A stretch of DNA of 64,000 bases from Nageia nagi (taxonomy: Eukaryota; Plantae; Pinophyta): the NCBI GenBank assembly GCA_050084985.1, contig JBITNC010000001.1:205654001-205718000 (forward strand), read 5' to 3'. The notes beneath the pieces were generated by a model that was given only the letters and a program-made list of their open reading frames with translations, did no database searches and was not told where the DNA came from. A program made the position numbers and the translations under genes. Below, one piece after another: positions 1 through 13,800 of the stretch. The stretch's first letter is position 1. Every line of letters begins with the position of its first letter.

Positions 1-1620
1 AATAATAACTCAAATGCTAAATTCACACATCAGGTAACATTTATCTTAAATTCTAGAGTTGTGCTAGCCAAAAGGAATACTCTCACCAAAATTAAATACA
101 CTCGTAATATGCATAACAACTTGATCATGCAAAAAGAAAATAAGGTTACAAAACCAATAATCCAATATATAAATCCAAAGCATTATGAGGACATTATACA
201 AACCACCTAATAAATCATCTAGACCATATAGAAGCAAGGATACTAAATAACCCATACACAGGCCCCCTCTTTAAAATTGATTGATAAAGAGATCATAATT
301 TTAAAGTAGTTATGTGAAATAATCAAACAAGGAGATCTCCTTCCAAAGCTAACCCAACTATCTAAATACTGGAATAAGAAATAAGATGGTAAAAAGGCAT
401 ATAAGGTCAATAATCATAGAAAAAACCTAATCCTAATCAAAACTATTATGAATAGCAAACTTGCTAAAAATATTATGATTCATATAAATCTCCTACCTAT
501 AGAAAAATGGAGGCAATTAGAAATCCCTTACTTTTATCTAGGCCAATATAACATTTTGTTATCCAATGGGCTCCCTCATTTGATCACTATGACTATTACA
601 AAATATATGCACTTTGATCTTAGAAATAACCTCCATTATCATATTTAATGTAATTAACATAGTTGATGCTAAAAACCTAAAGTACATCATACTGTTGTAC
701 CTAAAATGGTTTGTAAATGATAACAACATCATAAATAGGAAAACTCAAGAATAATAATATCCAAAAATAAATATGAAGTGCATATCCTACCAAATAAAGG
801 TATTGGTGATGCATACATCAAAATACTAAGCCATAGTAATGACAATGGTAGAAGTGGCAAAAGTTATTTGATGGGACTCAATGATTTATATGTAATGAAT
901 ACTAGAACATAATATGATGAATTCCTAGATTATATCAAATCCAAAGATTATGGTTGATAAGTTTTCCATTATAGTGAATCCAAAGCTAACTTTGAGACTA
1001 CTACCATGATATGAAATTCAAGAAATTATGAGTTATAATCAAGACTTGCTTGCCAAATGAAGGTCAACCATTGAGATTTTTAAATTTTCAAGGACATACA
1101 TTAGTAAAAAATACCAAAATTTGATGACACTATTAAAATAATGATTATATTTAAATTTTTAGAAAAAATGATCAAGATTTACCCAATGAAAATAACATAA
1201 TTGATGTAGTGGAAGATACCCTGGTAGGGACAACTACTTACTAGTGGAACACACATGAAATAAGACTAGTTCAATGAAATAAATAATCTACCATATGTTA
1301 CTATGATTCCAAAATCTAGACATGTTAATATATAGTTGATAAATCAACTATAAATATCTAAGTGATACATACCCAACAATACATATTACATGATGCAAAA
1401 TGACTTGGAGAAATTTGACCAACTTAAATCCCAATACTTGGGTTCACATATTTTATTGGATATTAGGGATTATCTAATGAGTATGGTATATAAAGCAAGA
1501 GTTATAGAGAGAAACATCTAGATGGGAATAAGTACAGGCTAATTTTATCCATATGTTTACTTTTTACGATACCCACACACTAGCCCATAAATGCTTACTT
1601 CAAATGAATTTTTTTTGCTA
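1..1620 (+). pseudogene. Decayed ORF with an L1-LINE ORF1-like (DUF4283-like) segment
   Basis: Frame 1 has long stop-free runs (1-207, 385-645, 739-909). It translates LPKLTQLSKYWNKK*DG..YKVNNHRKNLILIK...PYFYLGQYNILL and, after a frameshift, IQWAPSFD...AKNLKYIILL. This resembles the W...Pw.f...l.l..W.P.FD...ia..lG pattern of plant L1 ORF1. No zinc knuckle and no ORF2 are seen. Confidence 0.4.
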
Positions 1621-1628
1621 AGTGATAC

Positions 1629-3603
1629 TACTGTTGATTTGAAAAATGTAATTTAGCTCTTTATCTTATGAAAAATTTATGGAGGTGCTAGATTCATCCT
1701 CATAATGAACCAACTATCCTTGAATGAATTGATTTTCATTTGATTCAACTTGCAATTTTATTTATCCAAGATGGTGCTTGGTGAACCATTTTCAAACAAT
1801 CTTAGGTACCATAATTTGTAAAAAAATCATTATTCACTTAAATAATCAAGATTTTAGGAACATTAAGGATTAATATTCTCTATAGAATTTCTCTTCTTGT
1901 AGGTGGCTCTTATTTTGAAAATTCAAAAACCCAAAGATTAGTATCTCATAATCTTCTTTAGATGCATCTCGTAGATATAGAGGTGATTAGGATCTTGAGC
2001 TTTTAGTAGTCTAATTTTATATAGGCTAGCCCTATCTTGGGTCTTTAACTAACTAGATTGCATCCTTTACACATAAAAGAATATAATTTAGTTGGGATTC
2101 TATCTCTCATAGAAATGATGATGTTACCCATTCGTTGGGGTTCTTAAAATTTAGAATCATGAGGTTTACTTCCCACAGATAAAGATTTAGATCCTTTAAA
2201 AGACTCATTACAGATAAAAGAGATAGTCTAATTCCAAATTCCTTATTTTGATTTCATCCAAATAGTGCATTATCCATCATGAAAGGTTGCAAACAAAAGG
2301 AAAAATATAGATATGATGAAAGAGATAAAAAGGTTCAAATTGTAGGAAAGAAAGAGAAATAATATAGCTTGGGGCCAACTTGAGCTTCCAAAAACTATTT
2401 TAGAACCTAGAGGAAGGACCCCTTGCTCATAGAAATCCATATTATTCAACATATATCATTAAGTTATAAGAGAGCAAAGGCTATAGTCATGGATATTTCA
2501 TTCACCATACCATGGAGAATAGGAAACATATAAATAATGTAACCATTTAAGCCATCCAAAGAATACATGAAGAAAAATAAATGTACAGATGCCACTAGAA
2601 TTAGTTTGGGCTTAAATAATAGACATTTCATTACTTAAGCATAAATGCTACAAGATCCAACTTCTTATTTTACATTGATTTGAGTGATATATTATGGTTT
2701 TAAATTTGAAAATATATACAAATGGTAATAAGAATCTAAAGAGAATCTATAAACTATAGCCTGTACTCAATTAACTACAATCTAATAAAATTATGAAATC
2801 TATAACATATCTAAGTTAGAAATTGAATCTACATAGCCATAACTTCCTATATTTATGCTAAAAGATAACTATATTTTATCTTTAGCACTTAGATGCAGAT
2901 AGAAAATCTTATTCTCACAAGATCAAATAAATGCCGAAAGCTTTTCTTAAGATTATTTAATGTTTATACAATATTGCTAGAATTAGGTAGTATAATTTAG
3001 ACTACTATTATTTAGACTAATAGGAGATGGTTGATATCTTTAGTGGATGTTTTTGAACATTTTGAACCTTCAAAAGAATGATTCATGGCTAATTCCACTA
3101 GGTTCTAAGAAAGCAAGAGGTGTATTGGGTGATCAAATTGCTTTCATTGGAAATGCCTTGGTAACAGTTTGGCTGTATTCTAGGAGAATACACTAAAGGT
3201 AAAGACCACCATGCTTTAGGAACATTATACACTTACAAGTCTATTGGGTTACAAAAAAGTTCTTCTACCTAAAATTTCACCATACTCTAGGACATACTTT
3301 AGACAGGAGTACCATTGGGCTCCAGGAATATGATTTACATATGCAACACCATTGGATCTAGGAAATTCTATTTTAATCTATCAACTACCATTCTAGATGG
3401 ATCTAAACTATTTTAAACTTATTAAAGCATAAGGAAGTCAAGAAATAATCTCTTCACTTAATGCAAGTTGCAATTTCTATCACATTCTACCCCTTTGTTG
3501 GCTATTCTAAAGAGTCAGAATAGTCAACAAATTATATAATAAAAAATTTTCATACAACATGCATTTAGCAAGGGTGATATGGTATGGAAAAGAATTTAAA
3601 TAA
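1629..3603 (+). pseudogene. Unknown large ORF 'X', copy 1 (C-terminal about 650 codons, decayed)
   Basis: Collinear homology with 15784-17640. The frame reads IHPHNEPTILE...LLPTDKDLDPLKD...FQIPYFDFIQ...GQLELPKTILEPRGRTPC, and many differences between the copies are third-position or conservative. Confidence 0.55.
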
Positions 3604-3834
3604 ATCTTTAAAGAAAATAGAATAATCTTTATGTATCAATCAATCAAAACCTTAACCATTTGCAATATAAAAATATTTTTGATAAGTCTTTAAATAAAAC
3701 ATTGAAGTAAATCATTATTTCACCATGCTTTTCTAATGCTATCAAATCCATCTTCATTTGTGAGCCTTTTTTAGATAGCCTTTCTAAGATATCATATGAT
3801 GCTTGTAAAATAGATTTTGATTGAGGTGTATAAA

Positions 3835-4010
3835 ATCAAGAAGGTGAGAAAGAGGAAGGAGATCACATGATGGAAGAAGGGTTAGGAAAGGAGAAAGGGA
3901 GAAGGGAAGGGATTTAGAGAATGGATAAAAAATGGAGGTGAGGAAAGAGGTAAATAAAAATAAGAGGAAGTTAAGACAAGAGAGTGTAATAGAAATTGGA
4001 GAAAGACTAT
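3835..4010. repeat. Purine-rich (GA) low-complexity tract in the spacer between ORF X copies
   Basis: Runs such as gaaggtgagaaagaggaagga and ggaaaggagaaagggagaagggaaggga. Confidence 0.6.
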
Positions 4011-4199
4011 GTATACATCGATGGATTTAATGGATATAATGGGTGGTTTATGATGAAGGATCATAATGAATGGGATAAAGCATTAGACAACACTTATTTA
4101 CATGGATTCTTTACTTAAAACCTACATTACAAGATTCACACCACATAGTTACTTTCATATGTACACTCTGATTGTCATCCTTGGATGTTCTAATACTTC

Positions 4200-5209
4200 G
4201 TATGTGGTACCTATTTATATAAATAAATCACATACATTCATCTATGATCTCCTTTAGAAATATATCTCAATAAAAATAGTTCAAACAATTCTAAATTATT
4301 CCTAACTAATTCAAATATGTTTATGTCTATACTTTTTTGACTCATCCATATTATCCTTTTCAACTAATCTCTTTATATGTGATCAATTTATTTTAAATTT
4401 GAATTCAAATCAATAACCTCTACTGAAAACTCTTTAATATCTCTTTAAACTAAGTTTTCAAGCAAAATACCCACTAGAGAAAACTTTATCATTGAAATAC
4501 ACTAGTCTATTAACCAAAATTCTAGAATAACTCTTCTAAAAAAGAATATTATAGTTAATGAACATGATAGTAATTAGATAAGTACAACAATCTAAGCTAT
4601 CAAATACTTTTATGTGAATTCATGGTAAATAACTTCTTGGGATTGTAGGACTTGATAGGCAATAGCAAGGTATCAAAGGCTTATCCATAAGATATGAACA
4701 TTTTAGGCATGCCCCCTAGTATTACCAAATTATATCTACCTATATTTTAAAAATATAGCTATTTATACATATCAACCTCTTTCTGATGTATGAAAATTAT
4801 TGACATTTATAAGGGTATATTTATAAGGTCTTTTTTCAATGCAACAAGCAAAGATCAGAATATTACCTTAGAAATGAGAATGTACTTCCCTCTAGAGTTA
4901 AGTGATCATTGCATGGGTGTACCTTTTCAGGAACATCCATTTTGTACGACTCTATTGGTTAGACTACAACATGTATACCTAGAATAAGATAAGTTCAAAA
5001 CTCACAAAATCTACTTTAGATATGATCTTTTGATATGCATTCCATAGTTGATAGTATCTTTAATAAATAACCCTTTTGAACACAAGAACCTTATGATATT
5101 ATCTTTATTATTCTAGCATTTTGGTATTAGAAGATAACAATCATCCTTTCAAGAGGGAATTAAACCATCCCCAAATATTGCTTAGATCCAAAATCTTTAT
5201 CAAGGAAAT
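4200..5209 (+). pseudogene. Unknown large ORF 'X', copy 2, N-terminal part (interrupted by element A)
   Basis: Includes track ORF 4790-4987. The same frame runs to QNLYQGN at 5209 and resumes in frame at 15447 once element A and one TSD are removed. The start position is uncertain. Confidence 0.45.
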
Positions 5210-5828
5210 TTTTGATGCCTAAAAATGAATTTCCCTATATTCAATAATTCATTTTAGAGCATTAAGGAATATTTATTGTAAAAAGGGGTAAAATGTACCC
5301 AAGGCAATATGATTAATGTGATAGACCATTATATGATGAAAAGAGTATCAAATATCAAAAGTGACACCACAAATAATGTAATATACAATGATCCCAAGGA
5401 TCAAAGAGGATCAAAACATTGCTATAAAAGAATATCAAAGGCGACACAATTGACATCAATAGATATCAAGTGAAGAAGACCAAGATATTTAATATCATTT
5501 TATCTAAACAACAAAGGTATTTCATAACACCACCTTTGCATAGATCTATTAAACCCTTCATCATGCTTAACACATATTTATTTTTGTTCATAGATATGCA
5601 TATTTCATGCAACTAATGACATGCTATTAGGTCGTTGGTAGCATTCGTTCCTTATGGTGTGTTATGGTGATTGATGTATGATTTATAATATTTCATGATG
5701 ATGTGGATATGATGAAGGTACATTATTTATCATGTTCATTTGATACCATATTTCTAATATATGCTTCAATATTACATTGTAGATGAATAGTTATTTTTTT
5801 ACCACTTATGCATTATTTTTGGTCTACA
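5210..5828 (+). repeat. 5' LTR of element A
   Basis: Direct repeat of 14839-15444. Ends ggtctaca and is followed by ttttggtgaacc. Confidence 0.92.
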
Positions 5829-5831
5829 TTT

Positions 5832-5845
5832 TGGTGAACCTGATA
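5832..5845 (+). promoter_or_regulatory. Primer binding site, tRNA-Trp-type (decayed TGGTGAACCCGAC)
   Basis: tggtgaacctgata lies 3 nt after the LTR end. The same motif follows five other LTR ends in the window. Confidence 0.75.
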
Positions 5846-5951
5846 GTTTCAATTAATATCTTCCTATTGGTAAGATCTTGAAATTTTTTTGTAAGGGAAT
5901 ATACTATTAGTGAAATTAATAGACTATTTTTATGCTATTAGTAACATAAAA

Positions 5952-7280
5952 ATGGAACAAACTCTAGCATAGATAGCACACCTAAACAAAATAATGGATG
6001 CTCTAACCAAGAAAATAGATTCAATGAAAAGCTCCAGTAGTAATTCATCATCAATTTTAGACCCTACTATGATGGAAAGGTTAAATAATTATGATAATAG
6101 CAATATATTATAGAAAAATAAGGATATTATGGTGTCTTGATATCATCCTTATTAGATGATATCCATAATTTACCCCTACCACTTGATCAAAAGGCCCCCA
6201 AGTTTGAGATGTTTAGTGGTGAACAAGATCCAAAGCAATATATTATTAGCTTTTAGGAGGAGTGCTTGCTAAAATTTAGATCAAAGGAGAATTTGATGGT
6301 CAAAATTTTCCCAATAAATTCATTCAATTCATTGGTGAAAGTATTCATGAGTTAATACAAGCATAATATTAAAGAGCAAGGGACTATTATAGAGTTATGT
6401 GCAATGCACCAAGGAAATAATGAAACTTTAGAGAAATATATTCCAAGGTTCAAAGAGATATGGAAATATATTTGTAGTAAATTGAATGAAAATAAAATTT
6501 ATGATATATTTAGATATTCTATTTTGCCAATCATTAACTTACATGCACCATGTAATAGAAATATTAGTTTTGGAGTATTAGTACAAGAATTGTTGCAAAA
6601 AGAAAAAGTTTTGCTTGAGTTAGGATATCTTAAGTATACCTACACTCCTTACACTAAGGATAATTAGATAACATATGCAAACAAAGAAGATAAGATAATG
6701 AATATGGATGATATACCTATAACTCCTCCATATTGACAAGATCAACTACAACAAGAGAAATAAGGTATACATTTCCAATTCAACCAAGGTTTATTATGAG
6801 AGATTTGATGAAAAGAGGTTTATTTTAGAAATTAGAAAAAACATCATAAGATGATAATATTCCTATGGGAGAATTCAAATCCTATTGCACTTATCATCAA
6901 AGAAAAGGTCATGCTACAAATTTTTGCAAAGTATTAGAGGTAGCAATTTTGGTTCTCATTGCCCAAGGGAGATATAAAATTGATCAAAAAGGTTCAAATA
7001 TAGAGGTAATAGTAAACATAGTTTTAATTGATAAAGAAATATATGTGAGATTAAAAAAGGTACATCCAAAATATATTTCAAATTTGATTACTACTAAATA
7101 AGTAAGTGTCTCACCTAATCCAAAAACTTATAGAATGATTGAGTAATTGAAAATTACTCCTTCTAAGATTAGTTTGTATAATCTCATATCTACATCTAAA
7201 ACACATAGAAGATATTATATGCTTTTTTCAAAAAAGAAATAGTTCCTACCAATATGTTTGCTTCCATGTGTTCAAAAATG
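5952..7280 (+). pseudogene. gag: gag of element A (stops and frameshifts)
   Basis: PKFEMFSGEQDP, MHQGNNETLEKYIPRF, and the knuckle YCTYHQRKGHATNFC (track ORFs 6404 and 6865). Confidence 0.85.
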
Positions 7281-8476
7281 AAAAAGTTAGATTAAAGAGG
7301 AAAATTGTTAAGTATGTGATTATTGGTGGTGTTATATAGAAGGTCATTTTATGGAGCTTTGTTGAGATATCTAATACAACATGAAACAACAACAACATTA
7401 TAAAACGCACATGATGGGTTGCATGGAGGATATTTCTATTTAAAAGAATTGTATATTAAGCTTTTTGCAAATTGGGTACTATTGGCATAGAATGGAGGAG
7501 GACTCTTAAAAATGATGTTAAGGCTTGTTTATAATGCCAAAAGCATTCAAATTTGGAGAAACAACCAACTCAAGAGTTGAATTCTATATTTTCACCATGG
7601 TTGTTTGTAACATGGGGCATAGATTTGATTAGGATTATGAATCCACACTCAAGAGAGGGTCACAAATTCATTATTGCAACTAAAGAGTTTACCACAAAAT
7701 GGGTTGAGGCTATTCTAATGAAGTCATTCACACATGAAAAGATTATTACTTTCTTACTTGAAAATATCATCACAAGGTTTAGGGTACCACAAAGATTGAT
7801 CATGAATAATGGGTAAAATGTCAAAGGTAAGGATATGAAAACCTTTTCCAAAAAGTTCCATATTAATCAAACATTTTCTTTAGTATATTATCTTGAAGGG
7901 AATGGTCAAGTAGAAGCATCAAACAAAATAATAAAAAGCATTTTGGCAAATATATGGGATAGATACAAAAGAGATTAGCATGAGCAGTTATCTTATGCAC
8001 TTTGGGCATATAGAACAAGCATTAGAATGACCATTGGGGAAACACCATTTTTATTAGTATATGGAGATGAGGCTATAGTACCATTAGAGTTGGAGTTGCC
8101 ATACTTATAAATTTCATTATGGGGAGACATATTAGATGAAGACACAAGGAAAGCTAGATTGCAATATTTGGAATCACTTGATGAGAAGATAATAAAGGAA
8201 ATTGAACACTAGAAAACACATCATGCAAAATTAAAGAGGGCATTTGGTAAGAAGATTAAGTCAAAGGAGTTTAAAGTAGGAGATTTAGTATTAAAGGAAA
8301 ATATTAATAAGATAGTTGCAAATGATGAAGTAAAAGGGAAATTTGAACCAAATTGGTTGAGCCCATTTGCTATCGTTGAGGTAATAGGATCAAAAGCCTA
8401 TACATTTTCATCTATGTATGGCAAAGAAGAACCAAAAAACTTCAATGCCATGCACCTAAAAAACATTTTTGCATAA
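7281..8476 (+). pseudogene. pol: Integrase of element A
   Basis: HDGLHGG, WGIDLI, FTTKWVEA, GNGQVEASNK, ALWAYRTS and KFEPNWLSPF (GPY/F module). Confidence 0.92.
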
Positions 8477-8644
8477 GATAGTGGCTTCATACCTTGGAAA
8501 ATAATGATTACTTCATACAATATACATGTATTTTAGTTTTTATTTTTATTTTTGCAATTTATTTCATTATTGAAATATAGTTGATGATGTGTATTATTAT
8601 CTACACATCACCATTAGCATGAAATAAAAAGATAGAAGACAATA

Positions 8645-9000
8645 TAATATCTCCAAACCATGGACATATAAATGCTAGGTTGTTGATGGCCATCGATGCA
8701 GCTAGTGAGAGTTCACTCACTTAAAATATAAATTGATGATATATCCATAAGCAAGGTGATGACATTAATTCATCTTCAATGGATGATGCAACTCACTATG
8801 TATCCATAAGGTTTGTATTTAAACCATACAAAGCATAATATCTCAAGGCCATGGACAAAAACTGTATGAACATTGATAGTAATCGATACGGCTAGTGAGA
8901 GTTCACTCAAAAGTTAAATAGAATATGTAGCCATAAGTAAGATTGCTAACATTGACTCATCACAAATAGATGATGCAACTCATTATGTATCCAAAATATT
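8645..9000 (+). repeat. Two units of the approximately 190-bp 3' UTR tandem repeat of the Tat family
   Basis: Core gctagtgagagttcactca at 8701 and 8891. Confidence 0.85.
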
Positions 9001-9374
9001 TTCATGTAGGTGTATTAAACACTTTTTGTAGATATCTACATCAATAAAAGGAAATAAAATTATGTAAAATCCACACCATGAACAACATAAAAACACTATT
9101 TTCAAGTAGCTAATAGCATGAACATCAATGAATGAAAAGCTAAAATAAAAGGAACCTTTTTTATATCAAGGAATTGATATTAGAGCATTACATTCTTGAG
9201 TATCAAAGATGAAGGAATGACCAAATTCATGGTTGAACAATGTAAAAGGGAAAAAGACTCTCTTTTATTTCAAAGATTGGATGTGGGACCATAAGACTAC
9301 TTTGTACTATAATTCCTTCCATGGAAAAAATATCACAAGGGGAAAAAAGATACAATTCTTTACGTTTTATCTTG

Positions 9375-9588
9375 TATTAGAATGAATAATACATTAGTTC
9401 ATTAGGTATCTAAATAATGTAAGGTAAATAATAAACTAAGTATTATTTACTATTATTTTATCCCACTTTAATATTTAGAATTTATTAGAGATGGTTCATT
9501 ATTTTATGAGAATGTAACTTTCAACTACTCCATGTATTTATTTGTTCTCACATCAATACAATGTGTCAATTCTAGCTTCTTTTGAATA
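9375..9588 (+). repeat. Copia 5' LTR (214 bp)
   Basis: Direct repeat of 14440-14652, with about 30 differences counted by eye. Confidence 0.92.
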
Positions 9589-9600
9589 TGGTATAAAAGC
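9589..9600 (+). promoter_or_regulatory. Copia PBS (initiator tRNA-Met type, decayed TGGTATCAGAGC)
   Basis: tggtataaaagc directly follows the LTR. Confidence 0.8.
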
Positions 9601-9718
9601 TCCATAGTGAAGATCCTTATTTTTATATGAGTTAGTTCTCTTTGATCCATCTACCCTCAAGATGATTGGGGATAGAAAAATAATGGAATGATATATTCTT
9701 TTAGCTTCCATTATCCAT

Positions 9719-10840
9719 TGTTAGAACTTGAGAGAAGAATAAGTATATTATAGACCAGACTTATTTAGATGGAACACTCTTCCTAATCTCTTGTTGAGAG
9801 AAAAGTTGAAGAGCATTGAGAATAGTGTGTATTTGGATTTATGCAAGCAAATGTGCATTGCATGCTTCAACACGCTACCATCTAACTTATATGAAAATGC
9901 CAATCTTTTTCTTGCAACCATCCCATAAGTAGGAAAAATAGACCTAATACATGTTTAGAGTAGTGTTTATTTCAAGTTAAAAACACCCATGCATATCCCT
10001 CTTCATATATAGCCAATAAAGTAGAGAGTAGTGTATTTGTTTGTAGAAGGAGCTATGATATTCTAACTATCAACATCCTCTTTGGACCATGCATCCTATA
10101 GTAGGTCCACACTAAACTCCCTTAGTCCATCCACACATCCAACATGTATAAAGGTCCTTAATTGCCCAATAGCCTCAAGCATGCCTATGGACTCTCAACT
10201 TTGTTTCCCTCATTCTAGCACTTGGTTATAGGCCATGCACTGTGAAAAGAATCAATAAAATATTTTTTTTTTATTTTCTATAGTTGAACTTTAGAAATAA
10301 ATAAAATATTTGATAAAAAATTAAATATCTATCCAACAACATAAGCTACGGAGTTAATAATATTTTATGGGGAATTTTTTTGACTTAAAGAAATATATAT
10401 TTGAGTGAAATAAACTTATTGTTCCTATGTTTGAAGGAGACATTTATAAAATCTCAAAGGAAGAACTTTTAAAATATCTACTTCAAATAATTTACTAAAA
10501 AGTTCCCAACCATTTAAATGGAAAATTAATAATTTATCAAGGAGAAAGATAATTTGAAAGCACAAAAAATAAATCAAGTTGTTAAATAAATAAGAGACCT
10601 TAGTACCTTGGCAAAACACCACATTTGTGCAAATAAAGTATTGAGTTCAAAACTCCTCACATCTTAAAAATCAATTTTAACATGTGCTTTAAATATTTTT
10701 AAGTGCATAATTAAAAATTAAAGGTAATTAATTATATTTTAAGTTAACTAAATTAATACCTTGGAGGAGATTTAAATTTGAACCTTAAACACAAATTTGA
10801 AAGGGGAATGATTGAATATTACAAGATAACATGGCCCACA
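9719..10840. mobile_element. Non-coding insertion of about 1.1 kb in copia gag, candidate solo LTR
   Basis: Starts tgttag and ends cccaca. Gag coding sequence resumes at 10841. No TSD was found. Confidence 0.4.
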
Positions 10841-13800
10841 CAGCAAGTGTTTTCCTTAAAGAATCAAAATTAGATTCTACATTTATAATATCAATTACAT
10901 ACCTTGAAACTAAAAAGTGATGAATAAATTGAATCATTTCTTCATAGAGTTGTAGAATTCCATGCCTTCCTATTAGAATTAGGTGAAGAGGTGGATAATA
11001 AGCTCCTCATACCCATTGTATTTAGAGCACTACTAGAGAAATATCACACCTTTGTGAAGATATTGAACATCCTAATGAAAACACCTAGCTTTGAAGAGTT
11101 GGTAAATATGTTGCAACAAGAAGAAGCTTCTCATCCAACCTCCCATGAAGAGGAATAAATCATGGTATCCAATAAAAAAGGTAAGAAACCTTTCTAATAG
11201 AAAGATAAAAGCAAAAATTTCAAGCAGTACAATGATAAGCAACATAAAAGTTACGTGATTTGTGGTAAGAAAGGGTATGAATTGCAAAATTGTTGGTACA
11301 ATTATTTTTCTCAAGGCTCTTTAAGTAATAAGAATCAAAAATAAAAAGGAAAAAACCCTCATAATGAATATGAGTGGAAATAAAGATGAACATAATGAAG
11401 ATAATAATAGGGCAATGTTGTAAATGATGTTGATTAAGTAACTGAAGAGGTTAATGATCTTGCTTTTGTTCATTAAAAGATCCATTTAGTCTTCTCTACT
11501 TGGTATGTTGATTCTACTACTTCCAAGAACATGATTGATTGAAAGGATTAATTTTCTTCTTTGGATGATAATGTAAATCCTTGTCAAGTTTGGTTGGATG
11601 ATGACACATCCCATGACATTGAAGGTAGGGGTGATATTCATTTTGACATGGAAACAAAAACTATCAACTCAAAGAGGTCTTGTATGTACTAAAGATCATG
11701 AAAAACCTCTTATTAGGTAGCTACATGATGGACAAAAATATGAAGGTGGATTTTGATATTGTGAAAGGAGAAAAGGTTTTCTTCATTCATAATAAGTCTA
11801 AAGGATGCTGAATAGTAGCAAAAGCAAAAGGAGTTGGGAGAATGTTTTTGCTTGATGTTGTAGCTTCCAATAATTAGGAAATCCATATTTTTGTTCTACT
11901 TGCATAGTAAGAAAACAACATAAAATCCCATTCGATGATGCACACATCATACTAAAGGACCTCTTGATGTGATACATAATGATATGTGTGATCCCATATA
12001 GGCTAGTATTTTTGGCCTCAAATACATCCTATTATTTGTTGATGACCAATCCAAAAAAATGTGGGTGTATTTCCTGAAGATAAAGGATGAAATATTTTTC
12101 TATTTCAAGGAATTCAAGGCACTTATGGAGAAATAAACTTTTGATCACATCCATGTTCTCTACTTAGATTTAGGGGGAGAATACTTATCAAATGAGTTTT
12201 TTGGATTAGTAAAGCAACATAGAATTTAATGATAATTTATCACATCCTATACACCACAACAAAATGGAATTTGTGAATGATAAAATCAAACCATTATGGA
12301 AATGGAAAGAAGCATGTTGAAAGATGTAAAAATGGATGGGATATTTTGGGATAAATTAGTGAATAATACTACGTATCTATTGAATAAGGAACCCACAAAA
12401 GCTATTGATGGGATGACACCTGAAGAAGCATGGTCAGGAGAGTACCCAATATCTCACATCTTTGAGTATTTGGTTGTACTACCTACATGCACATTCCTAA
12501 GGAGCAAAGGAAAAAGATTGATGAAAAATAAAAAAGGGTGCATTATTCTTGGATATGATAGCGAATCCAAAGCCTATAGAGTAATGGATCCTACTACTCA
12601 AAAGACTTATATCAACAAAGATGTAATATTTTATGAGATTGGTGAATCTTCAACTAGTCCACCTGAAAAGGTAATTAAACTTGATAATGGCCCCATAATT
12701 AATTATGATGATGAGGATGATGAGAGAGAAGCTCCAATTGTGAATTTCCAACCTCAAGTACCTAAGTGGCATCAAAAGATAATGTAGGATTCAAACTTGA
12801 TTGCTCCACCAAATACTTTGACTTGCAGAGTAAGGACATGAAGAATGGCTCATGAAGAAGTGAATTTGGCATTGATGAGCATAGTTGTAAATACACTTGA
12901 ACTTGAAATGGTTCAAGAAACTATTGAGATACCATGTTGGAATTAAGCCATGTAGGATGAATATGATGCATTTACGAAAAATGACACATGGAAATTGGTA
13001 GATATTCCACTAGGGAAGAAGGTCATTAGATGCAAATGGGCATTCAAAACCAATTACAAAGCTAATGGTACACTCAATAAGCATAAGGCCCAACTTGTTT
13101 CCAAAGGTTATGCTAAATAGGAAGGTATCAACTATGAGAAGATTTTTTCTCCCATAGCCAAGATGAAGATAATAAAAATTTATTTTGTAATGGCAACATA
13201 ATTTGGCTAGAAATTCCATCAAATGGATGTCAAGAGTGCCTTCCTAAATGGAGGCTTAGAGGAAGAAGTCTACATGTGGCAACCTAAAAGATTTGTAAAT
13301 GATCCAAGAAAAATAAATGTATGTAAATCGATCAAGTATCTAAATGGTTTGAAATAGGTTCCATAAGCTTGGTACATAAAAATTAATTCCCATATACTAC
13401 AACATGACTTCAAGATGAGTCCATATGATCCTAACCTCTTCCTTTGAAAATATGGGGGGAGATTGTCATAGTTATAGTTTATATCAGTGATTTTTTTATC
13501 AAAAGTAGCACTGAGGAGTTGATCATATATTGTAAAGATGATCTCAAATGACCATTCGACATGACCATCCTTTGTTTGCTTCACTATTACCTTGGATTGG
13601 AGGTTTGGTAGATGTAAGATTGAATATTTATCTCATAGATGAAGTAAACCAAGAAGATACTTGAGAAATTTAGGATGATAGAATGCAACCTAATGTCCAC
13701 ATCAATTGAACCTGATTTACATTTTTTATGTCATGATTGTTATCCATTAGTAAATGCAACTCTTTACCATTAGCTAATTGGAGGGTTAATTTACCTAGAA

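Noticed and set aside
835-1130. Walker A-like NDNGRSGKSYL plus VFHYSE and KIPKFDD, reminiscent of a D5/SF3 viral helicase
   Set aside because: It needs a D>G reversion and lacks the hydrophobic strand before the P-loop. It also follows motifs that fit L1 ORF1 better. A profile search would settle it.
2025-2050. PYLGSLT, resembling the PYLGSxT motif of rhabdovirus L proteins
   Set aside because: It is not in the frame conserved between the two ORF X copies, copy 2 reads PYLRYL, and no other L-protein motif is seen.
11072-13584. Minus-strand track ORFs over the copia (similar ones at 7660, 19739, 62330 and 63243)
   Set aside because: They are antisense shadows of recognisable plus-strand pol sequence.
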